Positions 53,582 to 64,000 of a DNA stretch of 64,000 nt are shown piece after piece (the stretch's first letter is position 1; each line of letters starts with the position of its first letter). The position numbers were made by a program, and so were the translations under genes. Where the stretch lies: the NCBI GenBank assembly GCA_032718475.1, contig JAUCBJ010007359.1:1-64000 (forward strand), read 5' to 3'. Origin of the DNA: Nemertoderma westbladi. Taxonomy: Eukaryota > Animalia > Xenacoelomorpha. The notes under the pieces were generated by a model. That model made no database searches and was not told the origin of the DNA. It saw nothing but the letters and a program-made list of their open reading frames with translations.

Positions 53582-54976
53582 CTAACTACGTGGCCTTGCA
53601 GGCCCCCGTTGGGGGTCTCTTGCCCCCGCTACTCTCTGCGCACTTACTGCGTTGCCTTGCAGGCTACCGTTGGCCGGACTACCTGTGTCTCCTACATTAG
53701 TATTAATAGCCCCATTGTTAATATTATTATTTTCTAAATTATTCAAATTATTTGAATTATTCTGTATATTTAAATTTAAATTATTCGGATTATTTTGAAT
53801 ATTTGGATTTAAATTAGAATTACCGGATAAAATATTATTTCCTGCAATAAAGGTTTGATTAGGGTTATCTAGTACGGTACTATTAATATTAATTACTTCT
53901 AATGTATTATTATTACCCCCCCCCCCCCCCAGTGCCTCTCGCCCGGTGCCTGTAAGTGGGGTATTAATAAACGTTTTCACTACCTCTGGCTCCTTGCAAA
54001 TACTACCCGAGCCAGCCTCACTATCTGATAGCCCCATCCGCGCCAGTTCTAGTCGGCGCTTCTGTTTGGCTTGATATTGCATAAGCCCCCTTAGGCAGGC
54101 ATGCAAATCATCCCGCTCACACTTTGCCTCTATCTCTCTCTCTCTGTCCTCTCGTAAACTTTGCTCGACCAACTCTGCCCCTCTCGCAACCCACTCAAGC
54201 CGTCTTGCCGGCTCGCTCTCTACTCTCATCTCCCTCTCTCTACGCTCCTCGACTCCCTCTCTATACTCCCTTGCCAACTCTCTTTCTCTCTCCAACCATT
54301 CCGGTCCCTCCCTCAGTCGCCTCTCTAACTCTTTCTGGTCTAGCGTCGCAACTCTCAATTTATACGCCAGATTTATCTCCAACATCCGTCTTACTTTTGT
54401 GGAGGATGTAGCAGACTTATCGGTTGCGACGGACTCCCGTCGCCCCTCCGTCCTACTAACTTTCCCCCGCTTTCCGGGGTTCTCGCTGACCGACAAGACC
54501 GAATCCTCGGAGTTAACCTCGGATTCGCCCTCGTGCGGTCCCGCCCAACCCACTAACTTAACTCCCCTGGCATCAACTAAGTATGGCCCTATGTACACTA
54601 CACCAGGCTCAATACCCCTACATTCCCACAGTTCAAACAGTTCGGTGGCAACCCCTCTCGCTCTTTCACCTGCCAACTCTCCTCGTCCAAGGTGGACTAG
54701 ATAGTTAAAATGTTTATTCGACTCACCTAGCCGCTTCTCTAGCTTCACCTGATCTAGTTTTACTCCCTCCTTAGCTTCCTTTATCTGCTTCCTCGTCGCG
54801 TTGTAGACCCGCCGGGGCCGGTCGCTAACTCCGACGTCCTCTTCGCCGACATCCCCTCTTTCTCTCCGTGTCCGGCATCGTACCGGCGGCCCCACCATCG
54901 CCGTTCCGGTGGGCCGTCCGTCGCCCTCGGCCTGTGGCTGGCCGGCGACATCGGTACGTCGACCGCCGTCGTGCAT
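53582..54976 (-). CDS. Gag-like N-terminal ORF (R/E-rich coiled coil, Asn-rich tail)
   Basis: 464-aa ORF just downstream of the 5' LTR. SEDSVLSV...Ser-rich...coiled-coil layout resembles the BEL gag N-terminus at 43240-45600. Confidence 0.5.
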   Translation of the reverse strand: MHDGGRRTDVAGQPQAEGDGRPTGTAMVGPPVRCRTRRERGDVGEEDVGVSDRPRRVYNATRKQIKEAKEGVKLDQVKLEKRLGESNKHFNYLVHLGRGELAGERARGVATELFELWECRGIEPGVVYIGPYLVDARGVKLVGWAGPHEGESEVNSEDSVLSVSENPGKRGKVSRTEGRRESVATDKSATSSTKVRRMLEINLAYKLRVATLDQKELERRLREGPEWLERERELAREYREGVEERREREMRVESEPARRLEWVARGAELVEQSLREDREREIEAKCERDDLHACLRGLMQYQAKQKRRLELARMGLSDSEAGSGSICKEPEVVKTFINTPLTGTGREALGGGGGNNNTLEVININSTVLDNPNQTFIAGNNILSGNSNLNPNIQNNPNNLNLNIQNNSNNLNNLENNNINNGAINTNVGDTGSPANGSLQGNAVSAQRVAGARDPQRGPARPRS

Positions 54977-55571
54977 CGACTCGTCTCTCCCTTCTCTCGA
55001 TTCGTCTCTCCCTCGCTGTGGTAGACGGTCGCCCTCCGCCTGGGCCGCCGGACCTTCTCTCGTCGACGAATCCAGCCTCGTGGGTCAATACCGTCTTGCC
55101 GCGGCCTTGCGGATCGTTAGGTTGTCGTCCGGGGTCCGCGGCGGTGTCCTCTCTCCCTCTTGGCTCATCTTTTACTTTCTATTGGTGGCTGGCAGTCACA
55201 GCTTCGGATAGGTTGGTCTTTTATTACTGTGATGGGATCCGAGAATCCCGACCGGTTGTTTTATTTACGCATCCCCGCCGTGTGTGTGTGAAAAGAGTTT
55301 GTTATTGGATTGAGAGTTCTAATGTCGCTGATAGATATGTATAAACTGAATGATAGGGTAAACCATAGACACAGTTAATGTTGAATGATATAAGATACCA
55401 GTAAAAAAGGTGATGATGGCGGCGATGACGGTAATAAAAGTCACCGTTCTGCCCTAACTGTACTGAGATAACTGAATATTATTAGAAACACCAACTGGTT
55501 ATATTGCACTGTTGGCCTTCCTACCTAGCTGATGCCTCCCCTGTCCCCCCCATTGGCTGATACCCTACTTC

Positions 55572-55934
55572 ATCATCATCATCATCATAATGTTTTTTAT
55601 GTACCCACAATAGCCGCTTGAGGTCTGATGACCTCATTTACAAGCGGGTTGTGGTAAGGCATGTATAACATTAGAGTGATATACAGAAGTACAATTTTTA
55701 CCGGTAAATTGAGTAAAATAAACAAAAAGTTTAAGAGTTAGATCCGTAATGTAAAATCTGGATTTTTCTATTCGTTGAATCGTTATATCGTCATATTTTC
55801 TTCGAGCCATTTTTTGCAGTTAACTGCAAACGACTTCAGTGAACGAGATTCGACCAGTGTGTTAGGAATTTTGTTCCATAACACGCTGGCAGAGTAACTG
55901 AAGGTCTTCTGAGTGGCGCTGAGGTGGGTTTGTG
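55572..55934 (-). mobile_element. CR1/L2 LINE 3' fragment inserted in the 5' LTR
   Basis: Encodes TQKTFSYSASVLWNKIP...KKWLEENMTI*; (TGA)n tail; TSD ACTTC at 55567-55571 and 55935-55939. Confidence 0.85.
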
Positions 55935-56269
55935 ACTTCTCGCCTTTAGCTCTGCGGGGGTGTTACTTTCCTTCTCCCCGGAGGATTAACCTCTGACCTC
56001 CATTGTGTGAGGCCCTCTGGGGTTTGTCGTCCCCGTTTTTGGGGGTGATACGAGGTTGGTTGTTAATCAACCTCGTACTCCCCAATATTGCTTAAAGGCG
56101 CTCTTTCCCACTTTATGGGGTTTGGTGAGGCGGAATTGAATCCGCTCACAACTCTTGAATCGATACGAAAAAAATTTCAGGAAAATTGATCGTAGATCAA
56201 TTCGTCAATTCATCAATTCGTCAATCGATCAAGATCGTAGAATCCATTAAAAGAAGTTAACAAATTATT

Positions 56270-56615
56270 TGCTTATTATAAATGGCAGTTTAAGTCCTCT
56301 ATGTAGGAAACAATTGAAAAAAAACAAGTAACCAGATCTTTTCAGTTTGACCACAGAAATTTTTATTGACTCATACGATGCTATTCATTCACATTTATAG
56401 GTTTTCTGGGGCTTCGATTCTAATTGATTACATTTCTAATGCTCCAGATCATTGCTACTCGTATTTTTTGGTGTAATATGGCGAATTTTGGTGCTGCATG
56501 AAATTTCGCACCGATGACCAAAAAATACAAGAGTGAGATACCAGTGCTGATTTTATTTATTCCATCGGATTCAGAATCCTTAACAACCTGTATAACGCAA
56601 GAAACAAGATGATAC
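56270..56615 (+). mobile_element. piggyBac-type MITE fragment (copy 4)
   Basis: Collinear with ~6225-6570 and cut at 56615 by a BEL LTR. Confidence 0.75.
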
Positions 56616-58839
56616 TTTTTCGCGCTTTTAGACCTTTAGCAGTTTAACCTGCCAATTTTAGTTGTCCTCTTGTTTATAAATCGACTTTAGCCTTTTACCA
56701 ATTACCTGGTGTACTGAAGTTACATCAGCCGAAGCCAGTCCGTGCGCGGCGTATGACCCACGGTGTGGGAGACTGGATTCGGATTCCTTGAGAATTATTG
56801 CAGTGTAGACCTACTGTATTATTCGATTGATCGCTATTATATAATCTCTGACAACTATATTTACTTTCGGGGAAATATTAACAGTTCCTTTAGGACGTGG
56901 CGGTTTAAGTATAAAAATAGAGTTATGACTTATTCTAATCACAACTAGATGGCCACAGAGTTTCGTAAATAGTGCATTCTTTATGAGATGCTTTATTAAC
57001 CTTCACACTACTTCACACTACTTTACACTACTTCGCACTAATTTGCCGACCGTCACTGAATTTGATCATATATAAGGAGGATTGCAACTGACACACGTAA
57101 GGATTATGAAATAGCATTTAATTCACACAAAACCACTATAATTTAAGTCGCAGTTGCTACCGGTAGACCCTATTCCTCTTACCTCAGTAATCAATAAGAT
57201 TGAGGGGTTTATGATTATTTATCGGTATTCTCCAAATATAACATCAATATCCATCTATTCCTCTTGGTTCTAATTCCTTCCCGTCGCGTAGTTGAATCAT
57301 TTTAGGGCTATTTTAGAGTATTCTGCGCATTGCGTAAAAATGAATTGTTATGTCCGCAAAAGCTTTAACACCGCTCCCAGAAAATGGGATTTAAGTCTAT
57401 AAAATATAAAAAATCACAGTTTCTAAAATACAAAAATACTCTAAACTATTAGTCCTTCTTTCGTGAACAGCGTTTACAAAGTTTTTTGAGGCTAGTAAGA
57501 GTCCTTTTCTCTTTGGGGCGAGCCACTTTACTAGGAGGGCTATAACTCCTGGGTGAGGGGTGCAATACAATTGCATCGGAAGGTTTCGGATTACGGTCAG
57601 TGTATCCGCTGGTCGAGGTACCCGGTTGATCGATATCAACCTCAGTGGAACGAGGTCAAACAACCTTTAGAGCGCGTTTCAGGACTTTTACTGGTCCGTG
57701 TCGGGTCGTTTGCACGAGAGTGGTAGGTTGACCGTGAGTAGTGAGAAATTTCCTTGGTTTGATGGTTCTTTCCAACTCGCGTTCACTGGCTCTATATTCA
57801 TATGGTCGTCTATGAACTTCTTGTAGCTCTGGATGCGAGTTTATGAACAAGTCACCATATTCCGGATCTTGATGGATGAAGTTGATCAAGTTATAGGAAT
57901 TCAGGTTGTTAGGATTAATATTCCTAAGGTACTTGCGAACAAATTTAGTTGAAATATTCACGCCAACACGCTTCATCAGCTCGTAGCTAGGAGTGTGAGA
58001 TTTTTGCTCGACGGAAGCAAAGAGATAGGGGTGAAATGCATAGACTCCTTCATAAGCACGTCCAGGATAGTATCGATGACGTGATTCGCAATGGAGATCC
58101 GCGTTAGCTTCCCAAGCTCTGATATAACGCAGGGCAACCATTTCATCTATGCTTTCTAGATCTCGGTTGAAAGGGCAATCGAAACTTGCGTGTCCTTTAA
58201 ACTGACAATGATGACGTTGAGTCATAAGTTGAGGACAGACTGCGAAGATGTGTAGATTATTAAGTCTACAATACGCACAATAAATCTCCATAGCAGGTTG
58301 ATCTTTAAAGTAGGAGCAGGGTACGCTGGAGTCCACCGGGGTAAAGTGATCTCGTGATGCGCATAATCGGCAACGTTTCCTAGAAACATAATTGGCATAC
58401 CGATAATCATATGCTGTGAGACATTGTGGACCTTGATACCATTCCAGCACATAATCATTGTCGTTGCTCCTGGGTGCTGTGGGTTGAATCTCCTCGGACT
58501 CCAAGCAAATTGGTTCGTCTTCCAATTGCATAGCTGAGGTAGGTGTAGCTGTTTCTTCAAGCGAACCCACTGTTTGTACTTCTACAATAGAATAACCCGT
58601 GGGAATTCAGGGTCTTTGTATGACAGATGAATGTAAGTTCTATATACAAATGTCCTTAAAAATAGTGAATCCAGCGCTGTCCAACTTCTCAGCAGCTGAG
58701 TCTCTTAAGCTGAGCTTGGTTAAAGCGCAGTCTTTGAACTGACTGTCCACATTGTGGAACGGAGTCAGAAAGCGCCTAAAGCATTCGAATCGTAGGAATT
58801 GATTGTATTCCTAATATGTCTTCCATTGATGATATAGGG
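56616..58839 (-). mobile_element. 3' part of a BEL/Pao element: 3' LTR 56616-57370, PPT and internal extra ORF
   Basis: The minus strand reads GGGAGCGG|TGTTAAAGCTTTTGCGG at 57378-57355. The LTR is homologous (inverted) to 58840-60092. Confidence 0.8.
57656..58570 (-). CDS. Uncharacterised Cys/His zinc-knuckle protein in the env position of a BEL-type element
   Basis: 304-aa frame with CRLCASRDH..C, CAYCRLNNLHIFAVC and HHCQFKGHASFDC. Probably 5'-degenerate. Confidence 0.6.
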   Translation of the reverse strand: MGSLEETATPTSAMQLEDEPICLESEEIQPTAPRSNDNDYVLEWYQGPQCLTAYDYRYANYVSRKRCRLCASRDHFTPVDSSVPCSYFKDQPAMEIYCAYCRLNNLHIFAVCPQLMTQRHHCQFKGHASFDCPFNRDLESIDEMVALRYIRAWEANADLHCESRHRYYPGRAYEGVYAFHPYLFASVEQKSHTPSYELMKRVGVNISTKFVRKYLRNINPNNLNSYNLINFIHQDPEYGDLFINSHPELQEVHRRPYEYRASERELERTIKPRKFLTTHGQPTTLVQTTRHGPVKVLKRALKVV

Positions 58840-60092
58840 TGTAAAAGCTTTTGCGGATATAACAGGTCATTTTTCTCCGCAATATATACTGTGTAGGTGT
58901 TTTAGCGGACATAACAAGCCATTTTCTCCGCAATGTACCGTGAAGGTGTTTTAGCGGACATAATAAGCCATTTTCTGCCGCAATGCGCCTAATACTCTAA
59001 AAGACTGGGACTCAGATGACGAAATCTGCCAGCTGATTTACTGTAAACGTGGAACATCTCTTTGTTCAGCTCGCTCAACTCAGCCAATCAGAGCGATTTT
59101 CATTTTTATCTTGTACAGAGGCCTACGGGAAATCGCGCAATGCATTACGGTCTTTGTTTACCTTTCTGAGCGAGAACAACTGCTTGGAAATTCTTCTGTA
59201 CTTCTGTGTTGGAAGTTTCAGACTTTGACCTAAACATCAGAAACATCAGATGGCTTTGATTACAAGAACGTAAAACTATTAACTGAATCATTGCTGAATC
59301 ATACTTCATATCTGAATCACTGAAACAACGCGGCACTACGCAACGCGATTCAACTACCGCATCACACCACAATTCATGCATTGCTGCACATGGAACACTG
59401 CATAAGTAACACATACTGACTGTTCACCGCATTATTTGATTCTGTTATTAATTGGTGTTATGTTGGTATATATTGCTGATATATTTGGAGAATACCAATG
59501 AATAATCATAAAACCCCAATCTTCTTGATTACTAAAGGTTAGAGGAACAGGTTTACCGGTAGCAACTGCGACTTACATTATAGTGGTTTTTGTGTGAATT
59601 GAATGCTATTTCATAATCCCTACATGTGTCAGTTGCGATCCTCCTTATATATGATCAAATTCAGTGATGGTCGGCAAATCAGTGCGCAGGATTGTGAACT
59701 AGTGTGAAGTCGTGTGAAGTAGTGTGAAGGTTAATAAAGCATCTCCTAAAGAATGCACTTTTTACGAAACTCAGTAGCCATCCAGTTGTGATTAGTATAA
59801 GTCATAACTCTGTTTTATACTTAAAGTGCCACTTCCTAAAGGAACTGTTAATATTTCCCCGAAAGTAAATATATTGTCAGAGATTATATATTAACGATCA
59901 ATCGAATAATACAGTAGGTCTACACTGCAATCATTATCAAAGCATCCGAATTCAGTCTCCCTTAACTGTGGGTGAATGGTTGCGCACAGGCTGGCTTTGG
60001 CTGATGTAACTTCAGTACATTAAATAATTCATATACAAAAAAGACAATTAAAATTGGCAGGTTAAACTGCTAAAGGTCTAAAAGCGCAAACA
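58840..60092 (+). mobile_element. 5' LTR (~1.25 kb) of a plus-strand BEL/Pao element
   Basis: TGTAAAAG...CAAACA termini. Three ~50-bp tandem U3 repeats at 58840-59003, CCAAT near 59084, TATATA at 59646 and AATAAA at 59733. Followed by gag. Confidence 0.8.
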
Positions 60093-60259
60093 TTAATAGT
60101 TTTAAACTCTTGATTGCACGTAGGCAATAAATATTTTGTCTATTGTTCTGGTAAGAACAATAATAGATTTTTAGATTCTTTATTGCACCGTAGGCAACAA
60201 AGTCGAAGGTACCGGTCGAACGGTAAGCTGTAGGCCTAACTGCCCAACTACCTGTAGAG

Positions 60260-63200
60260 TTGACACCCGAGATCGGAGCAAGGATGACAGAAGCGGTTTC
60301 TCCAGATCCACTTCTCATTCTTCCTGAAGCCGTACTCACTAGAGTATTGATTGCGGTGGAGGAACACCAAATTGATTGGGCGAGAAGTAAGCAATCGACC
60401 AAGGACAGTTATGCGGGATACACAATGGAGGAACTGAAGTCTATTGTCGAGACGCAATGGAACTTCCCCGGACCCGGACTCCCGTTTAACTTATCTGAAG
60501 CTGCCTGGGAGGACTTATACAGGATGGGAGTGGTAAAGGACACTAGAGATATCCAGCTGTATGGAAGAGGTCGGCAGCAGGATATGTACAGGGATTCTTC
60601 AGCTCTTTGGAGCGATTAGAGGAACAACTGTTTCAACAACCCCAAGGACCTCAAGAGCAGGGAGAGCTGCTTTATCAAGTTCGAGAACGAATATTAAGGA
60701 TCAGACTAATCCTTTCGGCCTTTGAGGAAGCCTCGAAGAGAAGCCAAGACACGTCGTTGCAAGTTGCCATAAAGACTTGGTTCCAACGGGTGAGTCTTAA
60801 AGTCCAAGGAACGACCCAATGGAAAATTCAGCTAACTGAGCGCGCGACCCATGGAGAATTAACAGACGCTACCTTTTCTCAGGTGGAAAGCGAAGCGACA
60901 TCAGAGAAACCTCAGAAGAAGGATGCCATCGACATCTATCTGTCGGACTATCAACGATTTATAGGTGACAAAGAGTTAAGGAGACGGCTAGCTGGACTTC
61001 ACCCTAATAGTGAGGGAGCCAAATTTGTGCTAGACTCATTAGATGCGGAAAGGTTAGCAGCGGATCGAGCTAAATTTGATGAAAGAATCCGCATCGTTAG
61101 GGTCCAAGAAGAGCAGCTAAAGAAAAGGCAGATAGAAGACAGAAAGGCAGCAGCATCAGCGGCGGTAGAAGCTGGAAAAAAGCGGCAGCGGCGGCGGCAG
61201 AAGTTGAAAGAAAAGCGGCAGCTGCATCGGCAGAAGTGGAAAGAACAGCGGCAGCTGCAGCGGCAGAAGCGGAAAGAAAAGCGGCAGAAGCGGAAAGAAA
61301 AGCGGCAGAGGCAGTGGCAGAAGCGGAACGGAGGGCATCTGAAGAGACAGCCCAACTAGAGTTGGAAAATCTTCAAGAGAAGCAAGATTACTTAAATAAA
61401 CAGATAACAGCTAGTCAGATGCAGATGATAAGTCGATCTACTCCCAAGAGACAGGGATTTACATCATCTGATGAAGGCAATACAACAGATCCTGAAGGCG
61501 GAGGAAATAGATCTCGTTCCAACAGACGTAGAAGAATGCCCCACCGTCAGAAATTGCCTAATTTGCCCCCAGCTGTGAGAAGGCAACTAGCTAGTGTAGA
61601 CTTAGGTAGTGCAGAGCACACAGACCAAATTATTAGAGTAGAAAGACTCCCTACTATAGTAGATGAGCATGAAATAATTAGGCCTGTTCTCGAAGCCACC
61701 CCCTATGTGATAGAGACCCCTGTACTTCCAGAACCTAACTCTAAATTCCCTTTGCACAGTACTAAACTACCTGTGCCCAGTAGAATAGCCCCTGAATCTG
61801 TCCCAGTCCTGGACGCCGAGCGAGACATCAATGATTTGTCGCCCGTCGTCCCTCGTCTACCCGCTACTATGTTGGCGGCTCCCGCTTCGGCGGTAGAGTG
61901 GGTGGATGAGCAACAGCGGGGGATGGATCTCCTGCTCGGACAATTGGAGGAAAATCGATTACGTTCCTCCCAGCACGTCCGAGAAATGGAAGGGACTGTT
62001 CAGCAGTTAAAGGGAACAGTAAGAGAGGGTAGGTTAGAACTGCAAGAAGTGCAGCAGAGTATCGCCTTAGAACGCGATAAATTAGTAAATATACAAAGTG
62101 GTATACCACCACCCCCTGTAACAATGTGTCAACCTGTTAGGTCTGAAGTATTTCACGCGCAAGGTGTGGAGCCTACACGCATCTATACTGCTAGTGAAGT
62201 AGAAACTCCTATAGTAAACCCTATTAAGGATAATTATAAACCTGTTGATAATGATATTCCATATAGAACTGATCATAATCCGAGAAATTTATATACCGAT
62301 AATTCGATATTAAATAATACGATGGCCCAAGAAAGTTTTACGCGTCAAATGGCAAGAACCGAAGCCCATCAAGCGGTAAAGGTGGGAGAGATCATCAAGT
62401 TTAACGGAGATGAGATGAAATGGTTACCTTTTAATGAATATTATAAAGATAACATACAGAACTCTGTACTATCTAACGGAGAGAAACTTAGATTCCTCAT
62501 CAAGTGCTTGGAAGGATCTCCCAAGTTAATGGCGTTAAAGTTTATTGGACATCCAGATGGATTAAGACAAGTTTGGGATACACTAAACATCAGGTATGGT
62601 AATAGGACTAACATAGCTAGGTATTTGTATGCGAAATTAATGGCGCCCCGAAAGTTTCTTAGCAGCGGGATTATAGAGTTTTCCGACGAGATTCAGGAGA
62701 TCTGTAGATAACTAGATATCATACATGTGTGGTGCATTATCTTGCTGCACACAGAATTTGAAAGAACCCGCACGAGTCAGGTAAGTGAGCCCGAACTACA
62801 TGTCCAATTCAGTGATGTGAACGACACTGACCACAGCTCTGAGATGGAAGGATTCTACACCGACAAATTCTCCGATGAAAACGAATCCTGTTATATGACA
62901 AACACCACGGTGTATCGAGCGCTTACGTATGAGACTGAAACCGATAATGAAGTCCAATCGACTATTCCGGACACACAACCAACTTGGAAAGCGCCAACTT
63001 CCAACATCGGAATCCGGGAATTCCCAGTGGTGCAGCTGAGAGTCCACGGGAAAGGTAAGAGTTTTATAGTAAATGCCCTCCTTGACTCCGGCAGCACAGG
63101 AACATTCATCGACAAAGAACTAGCCGAAGACATCTTTGCTGGACAACCCAAGTTCCGAACTAAGTTGAACCCCTTTCAGGAATTATGCAGGTTTGGAAAT

Positions 63201-64000
63201 CCACAGTAGCTACAGACTACTATGTAGGAGCATTGTCCACTCCCCAGGACGAACTAGGAGAACACAGCATAAGGTCAGTAAAAATGGTCGCGATAAAGAA
63301 CTTTGCTACCAGCCAAGTGGAACCTTACAACTGGGATGAAGACGATTTTACCCAGCAGCATGATATCCCTAGATTCAACACCGACTACCCAGGAGTACAG
63401 ATACTCATTGGCCAAAATGCGCATGAGGCGCTAGAGACATTAGAAAAACGGCCTGCTCGACCGCAACCATTACAAACATATGCGGGAAGAACGAGAGTAG
63501 GTTGGTACTTCACTGGACCTTCCCGTAGAACACTCATGGAAAGATTACCTAACGACCAAGTACATCAGGTGAGTGATGGGAAGAAGAAATCAGTGAGGGA
63601 GAGAACACAACTGAGGGAACACCATACTCCTCAGATAATGACGATATTAACTCTAATGTAGATCAATGGAGACATTGCCCTGGGACGATTAATCCAGCCG
63701 ACATCGCTTCCAAAGGAGCAACTCCTCAAGAACTGATAGATACTCCAGACTGGTTAGGTGGACCCGACTTCCTAAGTAAAGAAGAGGATGAATGGTCTCC
63801 TCATCTCACCACGGCTGAGATTAGACAAGCCAAGGGAGTGGAGAAAGTCAAACCTAAAACCTGGACGAGTAAATCAAAGTTATTTAAACCCGTGATTGAT
63901 CTGTCTGTACTACACATTTCAGGGGACGACGCTGTGGATCAAAACTCCCCCGCCACAAATAAATCTGTTGTGGAAATCAGAGAAAGAGACTGGAAATCTG
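60260..64000 (+). pseudogene. BEL/Pao gag-pol, frameshifted and internally deleted
   Basis: Coiled-coil gag N-terminus; DUF1759-type FNGDEMKWLPF...EKLRFLIKCLEG...RYGN; protease NALLDSGSTGTFI; RNase H end WRHCPGTINPADIASKG...WLGGPDFL at 63667-63774. RT core not seen. Confidence 0.9.

Larger units (their letters stand above)
49268..56150 (-). mobile_element. Non-autonomous LTR retroelement, probably BEL/Pao-type
   Basis: Diverged direct LTRs at 49268-49859 and 55228-56150 (TGTGA...TCACA). PPT GGGGGGAG abuts the left LTR on the minus strand. No tRNA PBS, no pol and no matching TSD. Confidence 0.85.

Noticed and set aside
56616-60092. DIRS-like or single TIR element enclosing the zinc-finger ORF
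   Set aside because: The PPT-TGT junction at 57370 and the downstream gag show two LTRs of oppositely oriented BEL-type elements. No tyrosine recombinase was seen.

Overview
AT-rich eukaryotic (animal, probably invertebrate) genomic DNA dominated by nested transposable elements. Only one host-type gene is supported: an intronless Golgi carbohydrate sulfotransferase (11520-12737, minus), bracketed by two near-identical inverted piggyBac-type MITEs. Retroelements: an apparently intact Mag-like Gypsy LTR element (27783-32815), a 5'-truncated CR1-group LINE, two RTE LINEs, a CRE-type RLE element, tRNA-derived SINEs and four BEL/Pao-type LTR elements or fragments. DNA elements: a hAT remnant, piggyBac-, Kolobok- and Harbinger-like MITEs and long foldbacks. 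Several 30-160 bp tandem arrays are also present. Main finding: two different BEL/Pao-type elements lack a tRNA primer-binding site. In both, the bases immediately after the 5' LTR are the exact reverse complement (12 nt and 10 nt) of a segment inside the element's own LTR, in the register needed for Tf1-like self-primed reverse transcription. A third BEL-type element carries an extra Cys/His zinc-knuckle ORF in the env position. All comparisons were made by eye and no database searches were run.
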